Assembly (NCBI GenBank): GCA_963666985.2
Contig: CAXXIA010000001.1
Coordinates: 1,344,001-1,408,000, forward strand
Source of the DNA: Spirochaetia bacterium
GTDB taxonomy: Bacteria; Spirochaetota; Spirochaetia; DSM-2461
Reading direction: 5' to 3'
Length of the DNA stretch: 64,000 nt
The notes below the pieces were generated by a model. It saw only the letters and a list, made by a program, of their open reading frames with translations. It had not been told where the DNA came from and searched no databases. The position numbers and the translations under genes were made by a program. Below are positions 8,993 to 19,646 of the stretch, piece by piece. Each line of letters begins with the position of its first letter. Positions within the stretch are counted from its first letter, which is position 1.

Positions 8993-10693
8993 ATGTCCGG
9001 TAAATCGATCGCGATTCCAGTCCTCGTTCTCTGTACGCTCTTTCTTCTCCCCTCCGCATTTCTTTTTTCCCAGTCCGCCGAGAACGCGCTGAATCCCATA
9101 ATAACCGAATACACCTTTGAAAATTATCGGCGTCATCCGAGGATGGAAGAAAAGGACGGAACTCTGGGCCGCGATTTTTCCTGGAAGCCGGGTTTGGAAA
9201 TCATCACCGATATCGACGATGCCGAAATCCGCATCCTGGGCGAAACTGTGGGACGTACACCGTGGGAAGAAAACAATCTTGCATCCGGAGCATACGATGT
9301 AACTCTTCGAAAAACGGGTTACGCCGACATGAAATTCCGGGTTGTCCATAACAGCCGTAAACGGACGGTCGTCATCGCTTCTCTGAAACAAGCTTCGGGA
9401 CGTCTGACGCTGGCGGGACTGCCGCCGGGAGCGGAAGTTCGGCTGGATCATCAGATGATGGAAGGTTCCTCCTTCGAAACCGCCGCCGGGAAACGGATGC
9501 TCGAAATCAGAGCTTTCGGCTGGGAACCCGTATCGAAATCGGTTACGGTGGCTCCCGGAGAAACGACCGAATGGACCTTTATGGGCGTCCGGACCCCTTT
9601 TTCCATCGAGATGGAACGTCCCCGGCCCAATATTCTTCCGCCCGACGATCCTGAGGGTTTCACCTTAAAGTGGAAGGCATCCGCACCCGGGCAGGCAAAA
9701 ATCATTATTACCGATTCAAACGGAAACACTGCCGCGGAGATTCCCATTCTTATCAGCAGTCCTTCCGGATCGATTTCCTGGCCGCCCATGAAGGGCTCGG
9801 CCGATGAAGATTCGCCTGATTCGTCCGATTCACCGGCGGGGATTCGGGAAGGGACGTACTCCGTCCTTATCGAGGGAACCGGCGAGGACGGCGTTGTTTC
9901 TTCCGATGAAGAGTCTTTCGCGGTGGATTCGCGATTTGAACGCCGTGTTTTTCCGGGACGATCGTTTGTTCCCGGATTGAATTACGCCGCCGGCACCGGC
10001 GTTCTTCCTCCCGGTTCTTTCCAGCTTTCCACGGGAACCGCTCTCGTTCTCGGAACGGAGTCATCACTCTCGGAAGAAGGAATCCCGGCCTATTTCTCCT
10101 TTCGTGTTTCACCGGCCGCCCTTTGGGATATCGGAGGACGGTTCGGATTAACAATTCGCGATTCCCGCAAAAATAACAGCCTTGATTTCTCTTTTTTCCT
10201 CGGGTGGAGGATTCCTCTCAACGCAGGTCCGTTCTCGGCGAAAATCGCCCTTCTATTCGCCTACTCGGGCGCTTCTTCCGATTTCGGCCGCATCCCGGAG
10301 ATTTTCAGCGGTCCCCGGCTCCCCGGCCCCTCGCTGATATTTCCCATGGAGCTCTCGCTGGGCGATGTATCGCTGATTCTATCTCCGGCCGCTCACCTGT
10401 TCTTCCTGGGCGACGATTCATCCGAATACCATTTCGCTCCGCCGGCGCGATTTGCCGGTTCGCTGGGCTTCGGAGTCTATTACCAATCCGGGATGTTTCT
10501 TATCGGCGCATCCGGAGCCCTCAGAACCCCCGATATCGGGAGCCGGATGCTTGATTGGAATCTCATGTGCGGCCTAGAAAGCCGAATCGATTTTCCCGGA
10601 CATCGTTCCTTCCTGAACGCCTCCGCCGGTGTTAATCTCCTGGATGCCGACTTCACCGCAGAGATAGGTTTGGAGTTTGGAATAATCCTATAG
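8993..10693 (+). CDS. PEGA domain exported protein with probable C-terminal beta-barrel
   Basis: Signal peptide; PEGA repeats (VGRTP...GAYDVTLRKTGY; PPGAEVRLD); amphipathic beta-strands ending EIGLEFGIIL. Confidence 0.75.
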   Translation: MSGKSIAIPVLVLCTLFLLPSAFLFSQSAENALNPIITEYTFENYRRHPRMEEKDGTLGRDFSWKPGLEIITDIDDAEIRILGETVGRTPWEENNLASGAYDVTLRKTGYADMKFRVVHNSRKRTVVIASLKQASGRLTLAGLPPGAEVRLDHQMMEGSSFETAAGKRMLEIRAFGWEPVSKSVTVAPGETTEWTFMGVRTPFSIEMERPRPNILPPDDPEGFTLKWKASAPGQAKIIITDSNGNTAAEIPILISSPSGSISWPPMKGSADEDSPDSSDSPAGIREGTYSVLIEGTGEDGVVSSDEESFAVDSRFERRVFPGRSFVPGLNYAAGTGVLPPGSFQLSTGTALVLGTESSLSEEGIPAYFSFRVSPAALWDIGGRFGLTIRDSRKNNSLDFSFFLGWRIPLNAGPFSAKIALLFAYSGASSDFGRIPEIFSGPRLPGPSLIFPMELSLGDVSLILSPAAHLFFLGDDSSEYHFAPPARFAGSLGFGVYYQSGMFLIGASGALRTPDIGSRMLDWNLMCGLESRIDFPGHRSFLNASAGVNLLDADFTAEIGLEFGIIL

Positions 10694-10758
10694 CAGGTCT
10701 TTTCAGATGGGCGATCAACAGCTCATTAGGGATGCATTCGGACTTTTAAAAAACCGGA

Positions 10759-11151
10759 TTATCCTCGAATCCAGAAAAAAAGCGCGGCGGCAAGGCCCAG
10801 CACCACGAGAATGCTCAAGGCCCAATACCGGGATGCGGGCCAGTCGGTACGAAATACGTTTTTTTTACGGCCGGTTTCCTTAGCGCCGCCGCGCACTCTT
10901 GTGCCGCGCCCGCTCGTACCGCTTCCGTTCCCGCCGCTTAAACCGCCGCCGTCGCCGGCCGGCCGCACGGGAATCGCTTTTTCAGCCATGTAGCCGCAAT
11001 CCGGACATCCGTTGGAAAATTCCTCGGACCTTCCTTCCCTTCCGCATCGAGGACAGCGTACGCCGAGAAAACGGCGCCCGCAGGAAGGACACGCTGAGGC
11101 TCCCGATTTCACCTCGGCTCCGCAAGCTTCACAATAAAACGAACCGGACAC
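10759..11151 (-). CDS. Double zinc-ribbon protein with C-terminal TM anchor
   Basis: CEACG, CPSCG, CPRCG, CPDCG; Gly-rich linker; hydrophobic tail. Confidence 0.85.
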   Translation of the reverse strand: MSGSFYCEACGAEVKSGASACPSCGRRFLGVRCPRCGREGRSEEFSNGCPDCGYMAEKAIPVRPAGDGGGLSGGNGSGTSGRGTRVRGGAKETGRKKNVFRTDWPASRYWALSILVVLGLAAALFFWIRG

Positions 11152-11157
11152 GGTCGA

Positions 11158-14100
11158 TTACAGCCTTTCGTAAGACCAGATGGTCAAGTCGTCGTCCTGA
11201 GGATCTTCCCGGAGATAGGCGAAATAAAGATATCCCTCGTCTCCCTCATCCAAAGGATTGGCGTAATATTCTTCGAATTCCTGAAAATGTTCTCTTAAGA
11301 AAGCGACGATTTTACGGTCCACGCGTACGCGGGAGGTTCTTCCGGCCGATGTATCGGGAATAATGCGGAACACTTTTTCCACGGCGGCCAGGGCCATGAC
11401 CGCATCCTCACCCGTTCCTTTGAGGGTTGTGAAATCAAAATGAAGCGGTTTGCCTATGGTAAGATCGCATCTTCTTTGCAGAGTGTACGTGGTGCGGTTC
11501 ATGGCGGCTTCAATAATGTCGTCAATACGGCGGGGATCGAATTCTTCATTGGTTTCATCGGCCAGAATGGGTTTATAGATCGACCCATCTCTCTTCATTC
11601 TGAAGTTTTTATGATCCAAAGCCGCGTTCACCAGTTCCTCAGAACTCTCGGCCGTAAGGAGTTTTCCGCTTCGTTCGGGCGGATTGGTGAATTCATAGGT
11701 TGCTTCAATAAACTCCTGATCCGATGCAATAACATTCCGCGGAAGATCTTTATAGGCGATCACTTCAAATTTTTCATTTCTCAAAATATGGTGAGCCTCT
11801 TCGATACCGTCCGTGTAAAGGAACAGAACATCCCCTCGATTCAGGCTTCCCCGGACTTCTTTGTAATTCATGGGATTCATCCGGATGATTTCGGAATCCA
11901 CCTGCCCCGCCGCCGGCGACACGGGAAGTTCGAGGAGCTTCATCTTCCTGGTTTTTCCGTCGAAAACATGAACCAAGTTATCTCCGGCATGGATCATCTG
12001 GTATTCGGAGGTTCTGGCGTTAATAACCGAAAGATTGAACGCGGCGAACTTCCCCTGGAATCCGAGTTCGTTCAGCAAATCGTTAATGCCGAAAACGAAG
12101 TCGCTCAGATTATAGCTCAGTCTGCCCGTGCTTTTCGCTTTATCCCTGACCCGCCTGAAGTAATCGACATAAAGCGCGGCCACCTGAACCATAATCATGG
12201 AAGCCGTCACGCCGTGACCCGAGATATCGAGCTTAATCATAACGTAGTGATCGTCATCCAGCTGACGACAGTCGAAATAGTCACCGGAAACGGCGTCGGC
12301 GCCCTCGTAATATCCGAAAAGACGGAAGAAGGGATTATCAAAGATTCCGCCGGTTGAAAGCTTGATTGTTTTTCCCGGCATCTCCACCTGTTCCAAAGGA
12401 AGGAACGCCTTCTGGATTTCCTGTCCGGCAACCAGTTCCTGCTGCTCGATGGCGCCGATGACGAGCTTCATCACCATATCGTTGATGTTGTCCCCGAGCT
12501 GGGCCACCTCGTCTTTGCCCTTAACCGTGATTCCGAATTCCTTATGCTTGAGCATGTTCGGTTCTTCCCGAATCTTTTCCACTTCCATCGCGATGCTTTT
12601 TATGGGCCTGATGATCAAAGAAGCGATGAAGAACGCAACCAGAATACCCAAGGCCAGGGCCGCAGCCGATGCGATGATTGTGATTAAAATAATCCGTTTC
12701 TGAACCATCGCCCGAGTTTCTCGGATTGACTCCACCGAAACGGCGACGCGGACGGTTCCTCTGAAGAAATTCGTATCCTGATCGCCGATTCGGTAGAGCA
12801 GCGGTTTATAGAAGATAAAGACATCGGGGCCGCCCGGCCGAATCATCTCCGCGTTGAAATCCGGATAACTCGAAAAATATTTATTTGAAACTTCAAGCAG
12901 AAGAGTCTCGATTTCCTTTTTCTGAGCGGCCACGGCCTCCTCGGCCTCCACATAGGCCGGATTATCGAAATCCAGAGTGAAAACGACTTCCTGAGCGAGT
13001 TCCGTGTAGCGTTCCTCAAGAACGGTCAGCTCGCTGATCATGCGGGCGATTCCGGCATCCTGAACGGCCTGTTCCACTTCCTGCCGCTTCAACTCGATGT
13101 CCTCCGAGAGTTCATCCTCAATGCGATGAACTCCGAGGCCGGCTTCCGACGGCATGAGATTAACCCGGCGAAGGGCCTTTCCCACCAAAGAAGCTTTTGC
13201 CTCGGCGGCCTTTTTATCCAGTACGGCATCTCCGCCGGCACCGTATTGATAGGCTTCCCTGAGCGCCGAGGCTTCTTCATCCGTCGCCGATTCCAAAGAC
13301 AAGGCATACGAATCCGCATCCAGAGTTTCAGGAAATCCCAATTTATCGAGAATATCGGGATCGTTGGTGGCCCAAATGTACTCGGAACCGACTGCCGTGG
13401 CTCTGAGCACACCGTTTTCAATCACACCCATCGGCCCTGTAACCGTGGTCCAGAGAGCATCCTCCAGAGCGTTGATTTTCTCCGGCAGCAATAAGAGTTC
13501 ACCTCTTTCGGCGGCGGGGATGCTGGTGCGCGCGCTGGAGGATAAGGTTTCAACAAGAAGCCGCGATTCGCTCGCCAGCCCTTCGGCCTGCGATTCGAGT
13601 TCCATTCGCAGCCAGACAAAACCGAGGACCAGAGAGATCATCAGGATAACAAGGATAACCAATGCCGAAAGCGCCAAAGTGAATTTCGGACGGAGTTTCA
13701 TGCCTTTACTCCTTAAAACAAGGGCCGCTTCTTCTCTGGCGGCCAGGGACATGGGCGAACGGTTCAGCAGAGCCTTCGCGTCTTTTTTCAGTGTGTTCAA
13801 TTCCTTCAAATCGACGGTAAGGCGATGCATCGTAATAATAAATGCCGCCGATATAAGAAGGAGAATAACGACAATGAGAAGCTGATTGCCGCTGATTCTG
13901 AGGGAAAAGGCGGCAGGCTCCCAAAGCGATTCATATTTATAAAGACCGAAGGGGCCGAATTTAACGTTGCCGATGGAATCCAAGCGCATGGTCCTGTCCC
14001 ACCAGGCCAATCCGCGCGTCGGATGGCGCACACCGATACGGTAGGTTCCCTTCTCCATATCGTCGATACCGACGATATCGGCGATTCTGTCCGAGGAGAC

Positions 14101-16248
14101 ATTCAGCTTGCCGTCGGATGCTTTGTACACATAATCCCAGGGTTCTTGTCCGTCCCGGTCGATAACGGCTTCGTCAAGAAGACCGCCGACGGAAAAACCG
14201 CGGCCGATGAGATGCAGAACAATGCGGTCGGCTTCGTCTCTTCGCGATGTAACATCGGTAATGAAGGTAACCGGAACGTATCGATTCGTGAAAAGAATCT
14301 GTGAATTGGGAAGTCCTTCGTTTCCGGCTTCATCTATAGCCGCTACGGTGAACGCCCAAACACCGTTGTCGATATTGAACCACGAAGCGGTTGTTTCTGC
14401 GGATTCGGTGCCGCCGGACATGAAGAACGCTCTCCGGGCATCCGCCAGGGACACGGCTTCCAATCGTTCCAAATCCAATGATTCGGGGGATGAAGCCAGA
14501 TAATCCATGCGCCACCGATAGTAGGCCGCCGGATCGTCTTCTCCGTCCGTCCAAGTTATATCGAACGTATTTTCCCGAAGATAACCGTAGGCATCGGTTT
14601 TCGGCGGAGAAAGAATTATCGGCGGTGGCGGAGGCGTGATATCAAGAGTATAGATGAGTCTCAAGGGCTCGGACCAATTGCCCGCCTGATCCTGCGCCGA
14701 CAAAGCGAAATACCAATTCCCCTCATCCTTTTGAGGGTTTTCTATCTCGAAAACGGCGCGGTATTCTCCGTAAATCCGGTCGCTCTCCAAACGCGAAGGC
14801 ACGGCATCGGGATTCCTGGACCATATCCAGCTGTAGGAAAGAATTCCCGAGGAATCTTCAGGCCCCCGCCAATTCACGACAAGAGTTCTGTTGTTCCCCG
14901 GACGCCCCGAAAGAAAGTTCGCATTCGTCAGTTCGGGGGGATCGACATAAAGATCGGGGCGAAGAAAAACGGAGCGATACTGACCGATCGTTCGATCCTG
15001 CCAGAACACATAGGTTTGATTTTTAAATTCAACAGCCCTGGGGAATGCCGCGCTGCCGCGGACCGCTCCCGCGGAATGCGCATCCAGCGAAGCGGCCTGG
15101 ATGCCGTAAACGCCCGAAGCGTTTCTTTTGGCAAGACGAATCCCGGTATCGTCAAACCAAAGGATCCATGTGGCGCCGCTGAAATTCGCGATTCTCGGAT
15201 TGGCGCTGGTATGCCTGTCGTTGGTAACCGTTTCCGCGCTCCGCGAAAGAATATTGCCGCGGAGGTCCAAAGTGACGGCGGAGATATTCGGAACTTCCCG
15301 CCCACGACGCCGTTCCCAAGCGATAAGAATTTCACCTTCCGCGTTTAAAGCCCCGTGAGGCCGCTCGTTATCCCAGAGCAGCGGATCATTACCGTCGGAC
15401 GGCGTTATGGATTCGGTAATCGCTTTCGCCGGTCCCCACGGTTCGCCGGATTCTTTGACTTTGATGTAAATTTGATAAACTTGGCCTTCATCGCCCTGCC
15501 GCAAGCTCTGAAAAACAACATACTCGTTTCCATCCGCGACAAAATGGGACGGAAGAAAGTTCTGTTCGAGAATCTCTCCGTTAATGGATCGGTCGGAAAG
15601 CGGATCGATAAAAAGAACAGGATCCGTCCAGGAATTTCCATCCGCGGACTCGGAAAGAAAGATTGAAAGCGTTGTCGGCCGGGAGGCCCCTTCTATGGAA
15701 GTTCTCCTTGTTAGAAAAAGCCGAAACCCGGCCCCCTTAACGAATGAAATTTTCGGCGCGACGGCGACATCCGCGGCTTCAGTGCCGGATGGAATCAAGG
15801 CGGCTCTTCGAAAAGAAGGATTTTCGGAGGTTCCTTCCTGCCTGTATAGCGCCACCCCCTCGGAGGCCACCGCCACGGCGGCGACCAGATTCCCTTCATC
15901 ATCGGAAGCGGCCGAAAAAAGAGGAACTTCCTCCATCCACAGATAAGGAAGATTTTCGGCGATGGTAACCGCGGGGCCGGACCAATCCCGTCCGTCATCG
16001 GAAAACATGACTTTCAGCGCTATCGTCGCATCCAGACTCTCCGCTTCTCCGGAGAATTCCTGCCATATGAGCGCCAGACGCTCTCCGGCGGCTACCATCG
16101 TCGGGAAACGTCCGCCCTCCGCCCGTTCGATGGGATCGGGGAAATCCCAGTACAGTCTATCCTGAGCACCGGCGGGCGCCGCCGAAAACAGCGTCAGGAG
16201 GGCCGATGCGGCAAAAGTAAAAACGCGGAGTGCGACCCTCTTGTTCAC
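11158..16248 (-). CDS. Large membrane sensor phosphatase: Asp-box propeller, Ig/FnIII-like repeats, 3 TM, HAMP and SpoIIE/PP2C domain
   Basis: Asp-box-like SDDGRDW and SADGNSW; DQAGN and DEAGN repeats; HAMP (RPI...DEVAQL); PP2C motifs SGDYFD, DISGHG, YTDGIEE, DDLT. GTG 16248 overlaps the upstream TGA. Confidence 0.88.
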   Translation of the reverse strand: MNKRVALRVFTFAASALLTLFSAAPAGAQDRLYWDFPDPIERAEGGRFPTMVAAGERLALIWQEFSGEAESLDATIALKVMFSDDGRDWSGPAVTIAENLPYLWMEEVPLFSAASDDEGNLVAAVAVASEGVALYRQEGTSENPSFRRAALIPSGTEAADVAVAPKISFVKGAGFRLFLTRRTSIEGASRPTTLSIFLSESADGNSWTDPVLFIDPLSDRSINGEILEQNFLPSHFVADGNEYVVFQSLRQGDEGQVYQIYIKVKESGEPWGPAKAITESITPSDGNDPLLWDNERPHGALNAEGEILIAWERRRGREVPNISAVTLDLRGNILSRSAETVTNDRHTSANPRIANFSGATWILWFDDTGIRLAKRNASGVYGIQAASLDAHSAGAVRGSAAFPRAVEFKNQTYVFWQDRTIGQYRSVFLRPDLYVDPPELTNANFLSGRPGNNRTLVVNWRGPEDSSGILSYSWIWSRNPDAVPSRLESDRIYGEYRAVFEIENPQKDEGNWYFALSAQDQAGNWSEPLRLIYTLDITPPPPPIILSPPKTDAYGYLRENTFDITWTDGEDDPAAYYRWRMDYLASSPESLDLERLEAVSLADARRAFFMSGGTESAETTASWFNIDNGVWAFTVAAIDEAGNEGLPNSQILFTNRYVPVTFITDVTSRRDEADRIVLHLIGRGFSVGGLLDEAVIDRDGQEPWDYVYKASDGKLNVSSDRIADIVGIDDMEKGTYRIGVRHPTRGLAWWDRTMRLDSIGNVKFGPFGLYKYESLWEPAAFSLRISGNQLLIVVILLLISAAFIITMHRLTVDLKELNTLKKDAKALLNRSPMSLAAREEAALVLRSKGMKLRPKFTLALSALVILVILMISLVLGFVWLRMELESQAEGLASESRLLVETLSSSARTSIPAAERGELLLLPEKINALEDALWTTVTGPMGVIENGVLRATAVGSEYIWATNDPDILDKLGFPETLDADSYALSLESATDEEASALREAYQYGAGGDAVLDKKAAEAKASLVGKALRRVNLMPSEAGLGVHRIEDELSEDIELKRQEVEQAVQDAGIARMISELTVLEERYTELAQEVVFTLDFDNPAYVEAEEAVAAQKKEIETLLLEVSNKYFSSYPDFNAEMIRPGGPDVFIFYKPLLYRIGDQDTNFFRGTVRVAVSVESIRETRAMVQKRIILITIIASAAALALGILVAFFIASLIIRPIKSIAMEVEKIREEPNMLKHKEFGITVKGKDEVAQLGDNINDMVMKLVIGAIEQQELVAGQEIQKAFLPLEQVEMPGKTIKLSTGGIFDNPFFRLFGYYEGADAVSGDYFDCRQLDDDHYVMIKLDISGHGVTASMIMVQVAALYVDYFRRVRDKAKSTGRLSYNLSDFVFGINDLLNELGFQGKFAAFNLSVINARTSEYQMIHAGDNLVHVFDGKTRKMKLLELPVSPAAGQVDSEIIRMNPMNYKEVRGSLNRGDVLFLYTDGIEEAHHILRNEKFEVIAYKDLPRNVIASDQEFIEATYEFTNPPERSGKLLTAESSEELVNAALDHKNFRMKRDGSIYKPILADETNEEFDPRRIDDIIEAAMNRTTYTLQRRCDLTIGKPLHFDFTTLKGTGEDAVMALAAVEKVFRIIPDTSAGRTSRVRVDRKIVAFLREHFQEFEEYYANPLDEGDEGYLYFAYLREDPQDDDLTIWSYERL

Positions 16249-19200
16249 AGACGCGCCTCCACTTTCCTCTTCCATTCCCTGATGCGCGGGTCATTGGAGA
16301 AAGCCGAGAACTCGGTATCGATGCGTCCCAATAATGCTTTGGCCAAGATAAAGTTACTCTGACCGTACGAATCTTCAACCAACTCCAGAAGATGAAGAAG
16401 TTCGGCGGGGAAAGCAGGCAGCCGCGCGGGTTCCACGGAAAGAAGAATCTCGTTTTTCAAATTGGAAGCTTCGGCGTTATCAAGCCACAGGACCAGAGCC
16501 GAATCCAGAAGTTCCACGGCTCGGTCGGACCCGGCGGCTCCGAGATTTTCCCAAATTCTCCGTGCTTCACCGGTGATCCTGCGGCTTTCGGCCAAAACGG
16601 CGGGATCGGGCGGAGGAATAATGATTCCCAGCACCACTTCCGCATCGTAAATAAGCTGCTTAAGACCGGAAAATTCGGGATCGATCTTTTCGAGAACCTT
16701 AATCTGCCCGTAAAGTCCCTTCTGCGTCGAATTGCCGCGCAACGCCACCACATCGTTTCTGCCGACGGCCCTGCGGGTTTGGTTCACCAAAGACCTGGCT
16801 TCGGCGGTCCATGTGTCTTCATCCGTCTGCTTGAGAATCTTCTGTTCCAGAAGCAGCGCCGCCTCGTTCCCCGGGAAGGTGTTCAGAACCTGCCTGACAA
16901 GATCGTTTGCGGATCGGAAGGACTTAAGGGCGTCGGCGCTCCGGGGATTCGATTCGACGACTCTGATGCCTGCGACATAATAGCGGTTCGCGAGGTTCAA
17001 GTATTGATTCATCTCGGCAAAAAGCGGATCGGTTTCTTCAATGACCGTCTGCTGAAGGGCCTGCTGGGCATTCTGAAGACGAACAATCCACGCTTCCATT
17101 TCGGGATCATTTTCTCCGTATGAGCGTTCCCAGAATTCCTGCGACTGATTCAGCATGGTAAGACCCGATGAATAACCGCCCTCGTCATAGGCCTTTTTCG
17201 CCCCTTCCACGGCATTCTGTTTTACCGTAACCGCCAAACGGCTTCTGTCGGTTCTCACATCGTTCCGCAATCCCGAACGGGCCGCATCGATACCCGAAGC
17301 CGCGGCGATATCGGCATCGTTGATAAGCATTTCAAGATAGGCCGCATCAACGTCGTCCAAAGATCCTTCGGCCGCGTCATAGAGATCGATCGCTCTGTAG
17401 AATTCATCGATATCGTTGCGCAAGCGTCCCCGTTCCGCGGCGGATTGAGCCGAAGTAAGATTCCGTCTCGCGCTCGCCAAAGCATTGGAAGCCGAAATTT
17501 CGGCGCGCCGGGCGGCCGTTATGAAACCGTTCGCGGATTCCTGCAAACCGTTCAGATCGTCGCGATGTTCGGCGACTTCCATAATCAGATTTTCCGCTCG
17601 CTGCGAGAATTCCAGGATTCGTTCGGGATCGTCGATCGGAGGATCCCGATTCAGCATCGAATCCAGAATATCCAAGAAATCTCCGATGGTCTTCTCGGCC
17701 GTTCCAAGAGACGCCAGAGACGGAAGAACAATATTTTCCAGAACTTCGGAGGGGTGTCGATCCGGAAGTTCTTCGGAATCCTCCGGAATATCGGCCCCTT
17801 CGATCCGCAATCGGGCGGAGTCGATATCCGCGGACATAAGTTCTCGCGTGGAGGCTTCCATGTTTTCATACAGAGGAGTGATTGTATTAACATAGAAAAG
17901 CAATCTCTTGTCGTTGTATTCATCCAGCGCCGAATCAAGGTCGGAACGCAAAGTCGAATCAACAGATTCCGCGGCCGAATATGCGGCGCCCGGAAGGGCG
18001 GAGAGCTCTCCCGAAGAAGAATCCCAATCGCTCTTCATCCGTTCGGCGCGGTTTACGGCATCCTGCAGAGGAAAGACATACTCATCGATATTATCAATTC
18101 CGATGGACGCGTAATCGAGATTCTCGATGTCGGGAATCGTTCCGCCGATTTCGGAAAGATCTCTCCAAACGGGAACCGCCGCCGCCGCGTATGCCGTATA
18201 GGCTTCAAACTCATCCAGTCTTTTTTTGAAAGTCTCATCACCCGCATCCCCGTATTGGAGGGCCAGCGATTTTTCCGAAGCCAGGAATCCGACGGCGGAA
18301 TCGGCGGCCTCCAGGGCAATTCGGAAGGAAGAATCCGCCCCAGTCCAATCTCCCGCGAGATAAGCGGTTCGTCCCTCCCGTAAGGCATCCTCCGTACGGC
18401 TCTCCATATCTTCAAGAATATTCAAGAAAAGCGACTCCCAATGAAGTCTCTGGGCCAAAAGGATGCCTTCGGTTCCGATTTTTTCTCCCCTGCCGTAGAA
18501 ATATTGTCCGATCCGTTCATAACGGAAATCCTCGGGGATTCCCTCCAGAACCTCGTAAAGCCGTTCTTTTACGGTGTTGAGCTCTTGCGACAATTCGGTG
18601 CCGACGGCGATATTCGCTTTAACCGATTCCATATTATCCATGAAGGGAGCGGTCGCCGAAGACCATGCGGCCGGAGAATCCGATAAGATCGTTTCCATCA
18701 GCAAAGATGAGGCCGCGGAGAGTTCTTCGGCTAAAGATTTCCATTCGTCGAGACTGCCGTCGATGCTTTCAAGAACGATATCTCCTTCGGGGGCGATATT
18801 TCCGTATGCATCCCAAATCATCTTCTGTCTTCCGGGGTCGTCGAGATAACGGGTAATCTCGGCCTTATCCCGGGCAAGAATCACATATTCATCGTAAAAT
18901 TCAAGATATTCCTCACTAACGAATCCCTGCCGGTATAAATCAACGGCTCCGATGTAGTTCTCTACCCTCAGCTGGACATTGCCGCGCTCGTAGAAATCAT
19001 CCCGGATACTGTCGTTAATGGCCTTGCTCACCACGATGGCGGCGAGAATGAGATTGTTGAGCGTATTCCGGTTCGGATCCTTATCCAGTTCTTTTATTTC
19101 CCGAATTTTCGCTTCGGCCGTCCGTTCATCTCCGTTGATGATGGCCTCGTTCAATTCCGCGAAAACTTCGTTAACCTGACTTTTTATCCCCCGGATTTCG

Positions 19201-19448
19201 AGAATCAGATCCTGAACCCGCTCCATTTGCTCCGGATCGTGCTGAGCCAAATCGACCAGAACGGCAATGGCATCGTCCAGATGTCCCTTGTCTATAAGAT
19301 CGTTTGCCTTTTCAAGTTCCGCTTTGGGATCGAATCCCTCCCGCGCATCTGAACCTCCGGCATACAGCGGACAGACCGAGACCATGATCAAAAAGAGAAT
19401 CGGCGGAAGGACCCCCGGCCCCCCCCTGTCAGAGAATCTGAATCTCAC
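16245..19448 (-). CDS. Large exported alpha-helical (TPR/coiled-coil-like) protein
   Basis: 1067-aa ORF with signal-like N-terminus and acidic helical repeats; coupled to the phosphatase gene. Confidence 0.75.
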   Translation of the reverse strand: MRFRFSDRGGPGVLPPILFLIMVSVCPLYAGGSDAREGFDPKAELEKANDLIDKGHLDDAIAVLVDLAQHDPEQMERVQDLILEIRGIKSQVNEVFAELNEAIINGDERTAEAKIREIKELDKDPNRNTLNNLILAAIVVSKAINDSIRDDFYERGNVQLRVENYIGAVDLYRQGFVSEEYLEFYDEYVILARDKAEITRYLDDPGRQKMIWDAYGNIAPEGDIVLESIDGSLDEWKSLAEELSAASSLLMETILSDSPAAWSSATAPFMDNMESVKANIAVGTELSQELNTVKERLYEVLEGIPEDFRYERIGQYFYGRGEKIGTEGILLAQRLHWESLFLNILEDMESRTEDALREGRTAYLAGDWTGADSSFRIALEAADSAVGFLASEKSLALQYGDAGDETFKKRLDEFEAYTAYAAAAVPVWRDLSEIGGTIPDIENLDYASIGIDNIDEYVFPLQDAVNRAERMKSDWDSSSGELSALPGAAYSAAESVDSTLRSDLDSALDEYNDKRLLFYVNTITPLYENMEASTRELMSADIDSARLRIEGADIPEDSEELPDRHPSEVLENIVLPSLASLGTAEKTIGDFLDILDSMLNRDPPIDDPERILEFSQRAENLIMEVAEHRDDLNGLQESANGFITAARRAEISASNALASARRNLTSAQSAAERGRLRNDIDEFYRAIDLYDAAEGSLDDVDAAYLEMLINDADIAAASGIDAARSGLRNDVRTDRSRLAVTVKQNAVEGAKKAYDEGGYSSGLTMLNQSQEFWERSYGENDPEMEAWIVRLQNAQQALQQTVIEETDPLFAEMNQYLNLANRYYVAGIRVVESNPRSADALKSFRSANDLVRQVLNTFPGNEAALLLEQKILKQTDEDTWTAEARSLVNQTRRAVGRNDVVALRGNSTQKGLYGQIKVLEKIDPEFSGLKQLIYDAEVVLGIIIPPPDPAVLAESRRITGEARRIWENLGAAGSDRAVELLDSALVLWLDNAEASNLKNEILLSVEPARLPAFPAELLHLLELVEDSYGQSNFILAKALLGRIDTEFSAFSNDPRIREWKRKVEARL

Positions 19449-19646
19449 TGATATCCGCCTATCGGCTCCTCAACTGTATTTTCCGTGAAGTATTGGTGAT
19501 CGTCAGCTAAAGACGAATCGCCTTTTTCACGATTATTTACATATATATCGGCAAATTCGTTACCTTCACAAAGAGTCGGCCGCGATCATGCCGATGTATT
19601 AGAATACTGGATTGATGTACCTTAGGGAGGTATATTAATAACGTAT

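Noticed and set aside
11440..18383. Long plus-strand ORFs (e.g. 11440..12357, 17445..18383)
   Set aside because: Antisense shadows of the two large minus-strand genes, with no recognisable motifs.
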